From positions 1 through 53,902 of the forward strand of contig JANRLD010000011.1 in the NCBI GenBank assembly GCA_033762915.1: 53,902 bases of DNA. Direction: 5' to 3'. Positions 20,022 through 28,733 of the stretch are shown piece after piece. Source of the stretch: Meiothermus sp. (GTDB taxonomy: Bacteria; Deinococcota; Deinococci; Deinococcales; Thermaceae). How positions within the stretch are numbered: the first letter of the stretch is position 1; every line of letters starts with the position of its first letter. The notes beneath the pieces are model-generated. The model had not been told where the DNA came from. It worked only from the letters and a program-made list of their open reading frames with translations, and did not search any database. The position numbers and the translations under genes were made by a program.

Positions 20022-20041
20022 AGCAGGTAGTTCTACCTGCT
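20022..20041. promoter_or_regulatory. Perfect palindromic operator upstream of SPW copy 2
   Basis: AGCAGGTAG-TT-CTACCTGCT. Confidence 0.55.
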
Positions 20042-20101
20042 TCAGACCTCAAGATCCCCGCACGAAGCGGGGGACAGCCAGCGACGAGAGACGGTGACGG
20101 T

Positions 20102-20614
20102 TCACCTGAAGCTGGCCTCTTTGGTGCTGGCGGAGATCTCCAGGCCGATGTACTGTCCAGCCAGCGCGTAGCCGGGCACCCCGCAGGCGATGATGTACTT
20201 CCCGGCCTTGCTGGCGGTGAAGCGCAGGGTGTCGTCGGGGGTGCTGCCCCCGCCCATGTTCATGCCGAAGCCCTGGGTGAGGTTCTTGCCCGCCGCGCCG
20301 GGGAAGGCCGCCAGGCTAGGGGTAAGGCTGGAGGGGATCGGGCCGTTGTTGATCTCCATCACGCTGTGTGGGGCCATGGCGTTGTTGCGGAAGCGCAGCT
20401 CGACCTTCCAGCCCAGCGGAATTACGAAGGTCTTGCCGCCCCGCACCCCGCCGTTAAAGTTGAGCCCGCCGTTGGCGTTGTCCGAAGCGGCCACCACCGT
20501 CAGGACGGCGGTCTTCTGGGCGGCCTGGTTGGTCACGTAGGTCTGGGCCGTGGCCACCGGGGCGACAGCCAGGGCCAGAAGGCTGAGGGAAGAAAGCCAG
20601 AATCCTCGAGTCAT
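20102..20614 (-). CDS. Sulfocyanin-like (SoxE) blue-copper-fold exported protein
   Basis: Signal peptide, LNFNG, IPLGWKV.L.F.N...PHS, AGKYIIACGVPG; second His ligand replaced by Tyr. Confidence 0.8.
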   Translation of the reverse strand: MTRGFWLSSLSLLALAVAPVATAQTYVTNQAAQKTAVLTVVAASDNANGGLNFNGGVRGGKTFVIPLGWKVELRFRNNAMAPHSVMEINNGPIPSSLTPSLAAFPGAAGKNLTQGFGMNMGGGSTPDDTLRFTASKAGKYIIACGVPGYALAGQYIGLEISASTKEASFR

Positions 20615-21121
20615 GGGTCAGTGCTCCTATGGGCCGTTCGCCGAGCGACCCCGAGACCGAAATGGCCAAGGGCTTCGGGGGCAGCCGGGGTGGGGTTCTG
20701 GCCCGCGCTTCTCAGGGCACGCTATGGACGCTTCGTGGGGGCCGCTGCTCCTCGGGCGGATGGTTTATGAGGCCCCTATGTCCTTTCCCCGCGAACCCCC
20801 GGCCAGGCTAAAGCTAGCCCGGCCCTGTTCAGTTCCGGTAAAGTCTCGGCTCACCCAACTCGCGGTGGACTCACCCCGGCTTAAGGAAGGTTTGGGCCGT
20901 TCGGGAGCAACCGAATCGGCGGGGGTCTTGCGGATCTGAAGCAGCAGGCGGTGCTTTTGGTGCTTTCCCGGCGCAGACCCCGGTGCTCGCAAACACCGAG
21001 GTGCTGCGGAAAGAGGCCTGGTGCGTGCGGGGCGCTTGTGCGAGCCGCGACAGCAGCGCCCTCGCCCCGGTTAGGGCGAGGGGACAGGGGTGAGAGGTGA
21101 GAGGGCGTGCGCGGGGTGTTT

Positions 21122-21742
21122 CTACCTGGGCGGGGCCTCGCCCGGACGGAGCGCGAGACCCGCCAGCGCGGCCTGGGTGCGGGAGTTCACCCCCAGCTTG
21201 GCGTAGAGGTTGGCTAGGTGGCCCTCCACCGTGCGCACGCTCAGGTAGAGCTTCTGGGCGATGGCCTTGTTGGAGCGGCCCTGGCACAGCAGGCTCAGGA
21301 TTTCCCGCTCCCGCTCCGACAGCGGCTCCAGTGTAGCCTGAGGGGCCTGAGGGGCAGCTCGGGCCATGCGTGACAGGAGCTGCCTGCTGAGGCGGGCAGG
21401 CAGCCCGACCTCCCCGCGCACGACCTCGAGCACGCACTCCACCAACTCGGGCAGGGGCGAGGTCAGCGGGACGTAGCCCCAAGCACCCCGGTGTAGCAGG
21501 TGCTCGGCCTCCACCACATTGTCCTCGGGGGCCACCACCAGGGGACGGAACGGGGCCGTGCGTCCCTGCTCGAGGAGGGTCTCGAGGCCCGGCAGGGCCG
21601 AGTCTACCAGCAGAATTTGAGCCTGCCGGTAGTCGGCCCCCTCGAGCAGCACCTCGAGGCCCGGCACCGCCGCCAGAAGCGCGCCCAGACCCAGGCGCAG
21701 CAGGGGCTTTTCGCTCATCACCGCCAGCGTGATCAAAGCCAC
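21122..21742 (-). CDS. NarL/LuxR family response regulator
   Basis: Degenerate receiver (LLVD..LPG, GAWGYV) plus LSEREREIL.LL.QGRSNKAIAQKLYLSVRTVEGHLANLYAKLGV HTH. Confidence 0.9.
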   Translation of the reverse strand: MALITLAVMSEKPLLRLGLGALLAAVPGLEVLLEGADYRQAQILLVDSALPGLETLLEQGRTAPFRPLVVAPEDNVVEAEHLLHRGAWGYVPLTSPLPELVECVLEVVRGEVGLPARLSRQLLSRMARAAPQAPQATLEPLSEREREILSLLCQGRSNKAIAQKLYLSVRTVEGHLANLYAKLGVNSRTQAALAGLALRPGEAPPR

Positions 21743-21749
21743 CCCGCCC

Positions 21750-23108
21750 TCAGGCCGTGCTCCGGGGGGCCTCGCGCCTGATCAGCGGGGTCTTGCCCAG
21801 GGGGTTCTTAGGGATCTCCGGCACCCACAGCACCGACAGCGGTAGCCTGGCCACCCCCCGCGTGGCCAGGCTGGTGATCAGGCGGCTGCGCAACTCGGCC
21901 TCGAGCTGCGGCTGGGCTTCCCCGGTCAGCAGCACCCGTAGCCCGTCGTCCCCCAGCACCACCTGCCAGCCCGCCACCGAGGTCAAGTCCATCACGTCGT
22001 GGATCACGTTGGGCTGGATGGCGACCTCCCCACCGGCCAGAGCGGGCAGATGCAGCACCTCCTCCAGCCGCCCCTGAACCCCTTCCAGCATCGCATAGGG
22101 CCGCCCGGAGGGACAGGTCTTGCCGCTGCTGCACAGGCTGTCGCTCATCTCATAGCGAATCAGGGGCTGGGTGCGGCTAAAGAGCACCGTCACCAGCACT
22201 TTCGCGCCGTACTCACCGGGCGGGACAGGGCGGTTGCGCTCGTCCACCACCTCGCTGATCACCAAGTCCTCGAAGAAATGGAGGCCCTGCTGGTGCTCGC
22301 ACTCCGCAGCGATGGTGGCGGTCTCGGTGGCCCCGTAAACGTTGTAAGGTGGCTTGCCCCAGGCTTGGGCTATCAACCGGCGGGCCTCCTCGGTAAGCAC
22401 CTCGGAGGCGGTGGAGACCGCCCTCGGGGCGATTCGGAGGCGGCCCTCGAGCTGTTCCACCGCCAGCCGCCGGGCCATCGAGGCGTAGGCCACTAGGGCC
22501 TCGGGGCGGAAGGCGTTGAGCCGGGCGACATTGGACTCGAGGGGGTCGGCGGCATCCAGCCGCAGGGTGGGGACGAGCGGACTCTGCACCGTACTTCCCA
22601 CCCGCGCCGACTGGTGAAAAGGGGTGGTGGTACTCACCACCGCCACCTTGCTGCGCTTGGTCAGGCCCACCTGCACCCCGCCCCAGGCGTAGACGCGGGC
22701 GTAAGAGGCCAGGACGGTCGTCCACTCATCGAGGTCGTACAAGAAGATGCCGCGTCTGCCGGTGCTGCCCGAGGTGGCGCAGACCCAGTAGCGGTTCAAA
22801 TAGCGCTCGTCGTCCCTGAGCACCTTCAAGTGCGACTCAACCTCGCTCAGACGAATCGCCGGGTCGGTGACCAGTTCGTCGAAGTGTTCCATCAGGTCGG
22901 CCTTGGTCAGCACCGGGAGTTGACCAAGGGGGCGCTGCTCGAGGCCCCTGTGGAACCGCTGGTAGAAGCGGGAGTGGGCGTAGGCGTAGTCGCGCAGGTC
23001 TGAGAGCCCCTGGCCTTGATAACTCAGCAGCCGCTCGCGGCTCCAGCGGTCGTGTCGGCGCAGCAGCCCGCGCTTCCAGAGTACGCCGAGGATGACTTGA
23101 GGGTTCAT
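21750..23108 (-). CDS. Phenylacetate-CoA ligase-like (PaaK/CapK-like) adenylate-forming protein
   Basis: LPVLTKADLM, ATSGSTG, YGATE, PLIRYEMSD motifs. Confidence 0.85.
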   Translation of the reverse strand: MNPQVILGVLWKRGLLRRHDRWSRERLLSYQGQGLSDLRDYAYAHSRFYQRFHRGLEQRPLGQLPVLTKADLMEHFDELVTDPAIRLSEVESHLKVLRDDERYLNRYWVCATSGSTGRRGIFLYDLDEWTTVLASYARVYAWGGVQVGLTKRSKVAVVSTTTPFHQSARVGSTVQSPLVPTLRLDAADPLESNVARLNAFRPEALVAYASMARRLAVEQLEGRLRIAPRAVSTASEVLTEEARRLIAQAWGKPPYNVYGATETATIAAECEHQQGLHFFEDLVISEVVDERNRPVPPGEYGAKVLVTVLFSRTQPLIRYEMSDSLCSSGKTCPSGRPYAMLEGVQGRLEEVLHLPALAGGEVAIQPNVIHDVMDLTSVAGWQVVLGDDGLRVLLTGEAQPQLEAELRSRLITSLATRGVARLPLSVLWVPEIPKNPLGKTPLIRREAPRSTA

Positions 23109-23176
23109 AAGGCTCCTTTCGCGCCCACTCACGCCCACCGGGAAACGTCCAGACGACCGTCCAGTCCGCGCCGGGT

Positions 23177-23407
23177 TCAGGGCTGGAGCTGAGGCACCTC
23201 CGCGCGATAGCCCAACCTTTCCACCACCTTTTGGATGGCCTCTGGGGAAGTCAGGGCGGGGTCGTACTCGAGGTAGGCCCGCTCGGTCAGAGGGTTGACG
23301 TAGACCCGCGCAACTCCGGCCAGCCCGGCCAAGGCACGCTCGAGTGCTCCCGCCCCCCCGCCCCCGCAGCCCAGGCCACTCACCGCAAAGTCGAGCTTTC
23401 GCGCCAT
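23177..23407 (-). CDS. HMA-fold protein with degenerate metal motif (GLGCGGGG)
   Basis: FAVSGLGC..ALERALAGLAGVARVYVNPLTERAYLEYDP..IQKVVERLGY; GAGG RBS. Confidence 0.8.
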   Translation of the reverse strand: MARKLDFAVSGLGCGGGGAGALERALAGLAGVARVYVNPLTERAYLEYDPALTSPEAIQKVVERLGYRAEVPQLQP

Positions 23408-23411
23408 ACCC

Positions 23412-24428
23412 TCACCTCCCTTCCGAAAACACCAGGCGGTGCGGCTCCCCGCCGACCTCGAACCGCGCCACCACCTGGCGGGTTTGGGCATCAATCTTGA
23501 CCACCCGGCCCGTGGACATGGCGCTGACGTAGGCCCAGCGCCCGTCGCCGCTGAAGGCGATCCCGAAGGGGCCTTGGCCGGTGAAAACGCGGGTGGTGTA
23601 GCGCTGAGGCATCAGCATGGGCTGACCCGCCTGCTGCATCAGGTGCAGCACGTCCACGTAGTTCGCGTTAAGCGCCGAGACCCACAGTTCGTCGTTCTTA
23701 CGGAAGGCCAGCCCCTCGGGGGCCTTCTCGCTGTGGTAGCTCGAGACCACCTGGAGGCTCTGGGTGTCTATGAGTTGCACCTTTCGGGAGTCCACCGCCC
23801 CCAGCGCCAGCCACTTCCCGTCGGGGGAGAGCGCCCAACTGTGGGGGCCGTCGGCGACGCTCAGGGTGCGCTCTCGAGCCAGCGTTAGGGGGTTGAGCAG
23901 GCTGAGGCTGCTGGGTCGGCCAAAGTTCAGGCTCAGCAGCCAACGCCCTTGGGGGTCGAGGGCCACGTTCTGCGGGTCGTGCCCCACCTCTACGGCCCGA
24001 ACGCTGTAGTCCGCGGTGTCGAGCACGGCCAGCCTGCCGTTCCCGGCCCCTGCCGTGTACAGCCGGGCACAGTCGAGGCTGAGGGCCAGCCCCCAGGCGG
24101 CGCTGCCCACCTTGACGGTGCGCGAGACCTTGTTGCTGTCGGTCTCGACCACGCTGACCGTGCCCGCGTCCCCCCCGGCCACGTAGAGCCGGTTCTGCCG
24201 GGGGCACAGGGCCAGCCCCCTCGGTGCGCTGGGCAGGGCGATGGTGGCGAGCAGCCGCCCGCTGTCGGCATCCAGGGCCAGCACGCTCTGGCCGACGCTG
24301 TTCTCCACGTACAAGGTGGCGGCGAGGCCTTGGCCCCACAGCATGCCGAGCAACACCAGTGTCGACCAGGGTGTTGGTAGGTTAAGCAGGGGAGGTAGGG
24401 GTGGGGCGGAGATGGGGTGAGTTTTCAC
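23412..24428 (-). CDS. YncE/YVTN beta-propeller exported protein
   Basis: Repeated blades (P.GLAL, LYVA, VSVV, PHSWALSPDG, PFGIAFSGDG). Confidence 0.8.
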   Translation of the reverse strand: MKTHPISAPPLPPLLNLPTPWSTLVLLGMLWGQGLAATLYVENSVGQSVLALDADSGRLLATIALPSAPRGLALCPRQNRLYVAGGDAGTVSVVETDSNKVSRTVKVGSAAWGLALSLDCARLYTAGAGNGRLAVLDTADYSVRAVEVGHDPQNVALDPQGRWLLSLNFGRPSSLSLLNPLTLARERTLSVADGPHSWALSPDGKWLALGAVDSRKVQLIDTQSLQVVSSYHSEKAPEGLAFRKNDELWVSALNANYVDVLHLMQQAGQPMLMPQRYTTRVFTGQGPFGIAFSGDGRWAYVSAMSTGRVVKIDAQTRQVVARFEVGGEPHRLVFSEGR

Positions 24429-24467
24429 AGGGTTCTCCTTCGTGTCGTAGCCCTTTCTCGTTTGTGG

Positions 24468-25244
24468 CTAGCTGGCCCGGCTGGGTTTGCCGCACTCCCG
24501 GCGGCCCAGGTTGATGCGGCCCTCGAGGCTCAGGCTCAGAACCTCGGGTTTGGCCCGACGGTCGGCCTGGGCCGGGGGCCTCGAGGGAACCAGGTTGGGG
24601 TGGCGGCGGACGCGCTCTTCCAGCCAGGGGTCGCTGCGGGCAATGGCCTCGAGGGCCTCGCCGGGGGTGTTGGGGTTGCGCAGCAGCGCCAAGTACAGCG
24701 GGCTTTCCTGGCACTGGGCCAGCAGCCCGAGCAAGTGGGGCGGGGTGCAAGGGTTGAGGGCTACCCTCCTTCGCACGCCCAGTTCGGGGTCGTGGGCCAG
24801 GCGGGCCAGCACGGGGGCGGGGGTGTTGGGGTTGGCGGCCAGCGCCTGGCGGATGTCCAGGTCGCCGTCGAAGGCCAGCCGGTGCAACACCTCGGTGGGG
24901 GTGCAGGGGTTGCAGGCCACCGCCAGCCGTCCGGCCCAGGTGCCCAGCAAGGTGACCAGGGTGGAGGCGGGGGTGGAGGGGTTGCGGGCCACCGCTAGCC
25001 GCACCTCCTGCTCGGAGTCAGAGGCCAGCCAGGCCAGCAGGGCCGTGGGGGTGTGGGGGCTCTCGGCCAGGGCCAGGCGGAACCGGGGGTCTCCCAGCAA
25101 GTCCACCCACAGCCGCTCGAGCCCGGACAGGGCAGCCTCGAGGGCTTCCAGGTAGGCCCGACCCTGCTCGACCCGGCCCACGGCCTCCGACCGCAGCCGC
25201 AGGAGCCGCTGGTAGTCTTCGATCAAGTGGACAAATCCGCCCAT
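24468..25244 (-). CDS. Leucine-rich-repeat-variant (LRV/HEAT-like) repeat protein
   Basis: Tandem VRxAVAxNPxTPxxxLxxLA repeats. Confidence 0.7.
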   Translation of the reverse strand: MGGFVHLIEDYQRLLRLRSEAVGRVEQGRAYLEALEAALSGLERLWVDLLGDPRFRLALAESPHTPTALLAWLASDSEQEVRLAVARNPSTPASTLVTLLGTWAGRLAVACNPCTPTEVLHRLAFDGDLDIRQALAANPNTPAPVLARLAHDPELGVRRRVALNPCTPPHLLGLLAQCQESPLYLALLRNPNTPGEALEAIARSDPWLEERVRRHPNLVPSRPPAQADRRAKPEVLSLSLEGRINLGRRECGKPSRAS

Positions 25245-25516
25245 TCCGCCCTCCCGTACCACCTGCGGCTGCCCATCCAGCCCACCCGGTAGCTCCGCCC
25301 CTTGGAAATCGCCGCCGCCCGCACCATCAGGCTTATCTCGGCCCGCCGGGCGAGCTTCGGGTCATAGCCCACCGCAGCCACACCCTCATCGGCGAAGACC
25401 GCTGCCAGGCGAACCCCCTCGGCCCGCAGGAGGGCCTGCCGAACTTCTTCGGCCCACTCCGGGCGGCCCAGCCCGGTCACGGCCAGGTAACCCACCCGCA
25501 CCGGCGCAGGCCGCAT
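25223..25516 (-). CDS. HMA-like fold protein lacking Cys ligands
   Basis: LAVTGLGRPEWAEEVRQALLRAEGVRLAAV..GVAAVGYDP pattern; start overlaps the upstream stop. Confidence 0.55.
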   Translation of the reverse strand: MRPAPVRVGYLAVTGLGRPEWAEEVRQALLRAEGVRLAAVFADEGVAAVGYDPKLARRAEISLMVRAAAISKGRSYRVGWMGSRRWYGRAEWADLST

Positions 25517-26187
25517 CACTCGCGCACCTCCTCCGATTCCGCCGCCTCGGAGGCTGAGCTGAGTCGGGGCCAGAAGGCCGGGACTCGGGCGGCGTAGGCA
25601 TCGTATTCCCGGCCTAGGCTGGCCCGCACCTCGCGCTCTTCCTGCCGTGCCAGCCGGGTGTACATCACCACCAGCACCGGGAACATCAGCAGGGTGAGCA
25701 GGGTGGGCCACTGGAGCAAGAAGCCCACCAGGATCAGGATGAAGGCCAGGTACTGCGGGTGGCGCACGTAGGCGTAAGGGCCGCTCACCGCCAGCCGACC
25801 CGCCCGCTGGGCCTGGTACAACACCGGCCAGGCTGAAGACAACAGGGCGAATCCGCCTGCGATCACCAGGTTGCTGAGAATGTGCAACGGGCTTAGGTGG
25901 GGGTCGCCCTTCCAGCCCAGCAGGGTCTGCCAGAGGTGGCCGTTATTGTGGGTTAAGAAGTCCAGACCGGGGAAGCGCTGCTGGAGCCAGCCCGAGAGCA
26001 GGTACACGGTCAGCGGGAAGCCATACATCTCGGTGAACAGGGCTACCACAAAGGCCGTGAAAGCCCCGAAGGAGCGCCAGTCTCTCGCACTGCGGGGTTT
26101 GTAAAAGCTGGTAGCGAAGAGGGTGAAAATGGCCACGTTGAGGGCCACCAGCCACCACAGGCCGTAGGCGGGAGGCTCGTTGGTCAC
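25516..26187 (-). CDS. Isoprenylcysteine carboxyl methyltransferase (ICMT/PEMT) family membrane protein
   Basis: ALFTEMYGFPLT, GPYAYVRHPQY, LARQEE, Y..Y..RVPAF; GTG start at 26187 after GGAGG. Confidence 0.88.
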   Translation of the reverse strand: MTNEPPAYGLWWLVALNVAIFTLFATSFYKPRSARDWRSFGAFTAFVVALFTEMYGFPLTVYLLSGWLQQRFPGLDFLTHNNGHLWQTLLGWKGDPHLSPLHILSNLVIAGGFALLSSAWPVLYQAQRAGRLAVSGPYAYVRHPQYLAFILILVGFLLQWPTLLTLLMFPVLVVMYTRLARQEEREVRASLGREYDAYAARVPAFWPRLSSASEAAESEEVRE

Positions 26188-26420
26188 GGCTGGCCTCCCC
26201 TGATCTCCGGGGCTTCCTGGGGCTTGGGGGTGGGTTCGTCGCCGGGTTCGTGCATGTAGCGATTCATCGCAATGCAGGCCGCCAGCAGGGTCACGGCGGC
26301 GATCAGGGGTAGGTGGGCGCGGTGCTCGAGCACCCCCAAGTACCCCGCCGCCGCGAGAAACCCCAGCAGCACCCAGTGGCGGGGTCGCCGCAGCCAAGCC
26401 TGCCAGCGGCCTTGGATCAT
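26184..26420 (-). CDS. DUF2933-like small membrane protein
   Basis: LGFLAAAGYL..EHRAH..LLAAC..M..MH; this family is often found next to the ICMT gene. Confidence 0.72.
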   Translation of the reverse strand: MIQGRWQAWLRRPRHWVLLGFLAAAGYLGVLEHRAHLPLIAAVTLLAACIAMNRYMHEPGDEPTPKPQEAPEIRGGQP

Positions 26421-26647
26421 GCGCGATCCCCCTCCTGCGGCTTGCGCCGGGCCAGGGCATCGGCCCGCAGCACCCGAACCAGCAAGGTTAGGCTGACCAC
26501 AAACAGGACAGCCATCAGAAAGCTAGCCAGCCCCAGCCCCCAGTTGCCCTCGCCCTGAAAGAAGGCGGCGACGAATCGCCCCAACAGCCCGCCGGAGAGC
26601 ACGGTGGCGAAGAAGAACAGCCAGAAAACCTTGATTACGTGGGTCAT
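26417..26647 (-). CDS. Small two-TM hypothetical protein
   Basis: AGGAGG RBS, two hydrophobic helices, overlaps the next gene by 4 nt. Confidence 0.6.
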   Translation of the reverse strand: MTHVIKVFWLFFFATVLSGGLLGRFVAAFFQGEGNWGLGLASFLMAVLFVVSLTLLVRVLRADALARRKPQEGDRA

Positions 26648-26684
26648 ACGTACCTCCTATGGGTCAAACCCGCCCTCAGCCTCC

Positions 26685-27758
26685 TCAGCCCAGATGCACC
26701 CCGCCGGGGGCGAACTTGGCGTAGAGCCCCAGCCCTATCAGGGCCAGGGCCAACAGACCATAGATCACCAGGAAAGCAACGCGACGCGAGGGGTGCAGGT
26801 AGGGGCTTCGGTCAAGCAGCGGCACCAGCGCCAGCGCCACGAACAGGGCGGCCCCGGCCCACACCAGCCCGCGCAGGCCGATCCAGTTCTCCAGGGCGAA
26901 CAGCGGGAGGAAGGGCCACCAGGGCTTGGTCACCTCGATCCCCTCCACCGGCACCGGTCCGAGTTGGGCGGGCAGGGCCGCCGATAGAAAGACCAGCCCA
27001 CCCAGCCCCACCAGTCCGTAGGCCCCTACCACCCCCAGGTGCTGGAGAAAGTTTGCTCGGGTGGGTTCGCCGGCGGTCCTGCGGGTGGTGGCCCCCCGGC
27101 TGGCGAAGGCGCTGGGGGCCAGGCCGTGCAGCTTGATCAGCAGGAGGTGAACCGCCAGCAGCACCGCCAGCAGGGCCGGGAGAACCGAGACGTGGGCGGT
27201 GAAGATGCGGGTCAGCAGGGGAATCCGCTCGGCGAACTGGGGGGAGAAGAACGTGCCGATCCCCCCCAGCAGTTCGGCGGCCTCGACGTTGTGTTGTAGG
27301 GCCTCGAGGGCTTCCTGATCCCACTTGAGTACGGTGCCGGTGAAGACCAAGCCTACCGTAGCGGCCAGGAGCCCCACCCCCACCAGCCAGTTACCCTCGC
27401 GGGGGCGCTTAAAGCCCCCGGTGAAGAGCACCCGCAGCAGGTGCAGCAGCACCGTGACCATCACCACGTTGGCGGCCCAGTAGTGCAAGTTGCGGAGGAA
27501 AAAGCCCCCCGGTGCCTCGCGCAGGATCGAGTCCATCGAGGACCGCACGTGCTGGGGCATGGGGTCGTAGAACTGGGCCAGCCAGATACCGCTCAGAACC
27601 AGCATCGCGAACCCGACCAGGCTGACCCCGCCGAGGGAGTAGCCGAGGCCCTGGGCGTGTTCGGGCACCTCATAGCGGAGGGCCGAGATGCCCAGCCGCT
27701 CGTCAACCGCCTGCCAGAACCCGCCGGACGGGGCCGATTGCGAACGCGGGGCGGCCAC
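26685..27758 (-). CDS. Cytochrome b (bc/b6f-type)
   Basis: YSLGG, SGIWLA.FY.P, LRNLHYWAAN..LHLLRV..GGFKRPRE.NW..G, TAHV..HL heme ligands, KPWWPF (PEWY-equivalent). Confidence 0.9.
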   Translation of the reverse strand: MAAPRSQSAPSGGFWQAVDERLGISALRYEVPEHAQGLGYSLGGVSLVGFAMLVLSGIWLAQFYDPMPQHVRSSMDSILREAPGGFFLRNLHYWAANVVMVTVLLHLLRVLFTGGFKRPREGNWLVGVGLLAATVGLVFTGTVLKWDQEALEALQHNVEAAELLGGIGTFFSPQFAERIPLLTRIFTAHVSVLPALLAVLLAVHLLLIKLHGLAPSAFASRGATTRRTAGEPTRANFLQHLGVVGAYGLVGLGGLVFLSAALPAQLGPVPVEGIEVTKPWWPFLPLFALENWIGLRGLVWAGAALFVALALVPLLDRSPYLHPSRRVAFLVIYGLLALALIGLGLYAKFAPGGVHLG

Positions 27759-27761
27759 GGC

Positions 27762-28202
27762 TCAGGCCCCCTTCGGGCTGCGGGGGTGGAGGCTGGCGTT
27801 GCGCCCCAGCGCGAAGGCTCCCAGGAAGACCAGCAGCAGGCCGATGGCAAAGGCCGCGTACAGGCCGGGGCCGAGGTTGACCTCCACCGGCTTACCGCCG
27901 ATGGCCTGTGCGGGGTCGTCGCCCACGGCCTTGGCGACCAAGGGGGGTACGGCCTGGGGCACGCCCGCCTGGAGGGCCTGTTGGGCCAGTTTCAGCGCGT
28001 TCGCGTCCAGCCCTGCCGCTTTTTCCAGGGCATCCTTGAGGCGATCCTGGGCCATCTCGAGGTTGGGCGGCTCGGCCTGTATTAGGCCGACCACGGACCG
28101 GGCCAGTTCCTCGCCGGTCATCTTGGACTCGTTCGGTGAATCGGCCAGCCCGCCGCCCGCGATCAGAGCAATGACCACCCAAACCACTGCTTGTTTTCGC
28201 AT
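27762..28202 (-). CDS. Exported hypothetical protein with C-terminal TM anchor
   Basis: Signal-like N-terminus, helical core, C-terminal hydrophobic helix; GGAGG RBS. Confidence 0.6.
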   Translation of the reverse strand: MRKQAVVWVVIALIAGGGLADSPNESKMTGEELARSVVGLIQAEPPNLEMAQDRLKDALEKAAGLDANALKLAQQALQAGVPQAVPPLVAKAVGDDPAQAIGGKPVEVNLGPGLYAAFAIGLLLVFLGAFALGRNASLHPRSPKGA

Positions 28203-28274
28203 ACCCTCCACCTCCTGTCTTTCAGACGGGGCGAATCCCCGGCACCAATGAATCGTCCTACTGACTCAGATTAT

Positions 28275-28294
28275 CCCACCCCACCTGGGGTGGG
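28275..28294. promoter_or_regulatory. CsoR-type palindromic operator, copy 3
   Basis: CCCACCCCACCTGGGGTGGG. Confidence 0.72.
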
Positions 28295-28391
28295 TAAGAG
28301 CAATTTGTCCCCTACAGTATCGGCGTTTGGCCGAAGCGTTTTAGCCCGGTCTTGGTGGTCTTTGAAGTAGGAGTGAGGGTACGAGAGAGCT

Positions 28392-28461
28392 GTTAAGTTC
28401 TTGTAAAGCCCTGCCAGGCTTCGCCGCCGCCTGAGGCTGCAACCCCTTTACAAGAGCTTAA
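28392..28461. promoter_or_regulatory. Back-to-back OmpR-type boxes (copies 4 and 5) at a divergent promoter
   Basis: Minus strand CTTTACAAGAACTTAACA-9nt-TACCCT; plus strand CTTTACAAGAGCTTAATG-9nt-TATAAC. Confidence 0.68.
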
Positions 28462-28508
28462 TGGGCTGGGGCTATAACCAAGCTAGGTAAAGTTGGAAGG
28501 AGGTCAAG

Positions 28509-28712
28509 ATGATGGGCTTCGGGTGGCTGGCAATGGTTCTGTTCTGGGTACTCTTGGTCGCGGCCATCGTATGGCTGTTGCGCGAGACCCACCCCGGCGA
28601 CTGGGTTCGCCCGGACCACGACGGGGCGCTGGGTCTCGCCGAGGAGCGTTACGCCAAAGGCGAGATAGACCGCGAAACCTTCGTGGAACTGAAGCGAACG
28701 CTCAGAGGCTAA
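28509..28712 (+). CDS. SHOCT domain small membrane protein
   Basis: MMGFGW TM then ALGLAEERYAKGEIDRETF..LK; GGAGG RBS. Confidence 0.85.
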   Translation: MMGFGWLAMVLFWVLLVAAIVWLLRETHPGDWVRPDHDGALGLAEERYAKGEIDRETFVELKRTLRG

Positions 28713-28733
28713 AGCGGCGCAAGGGACGGCGGC

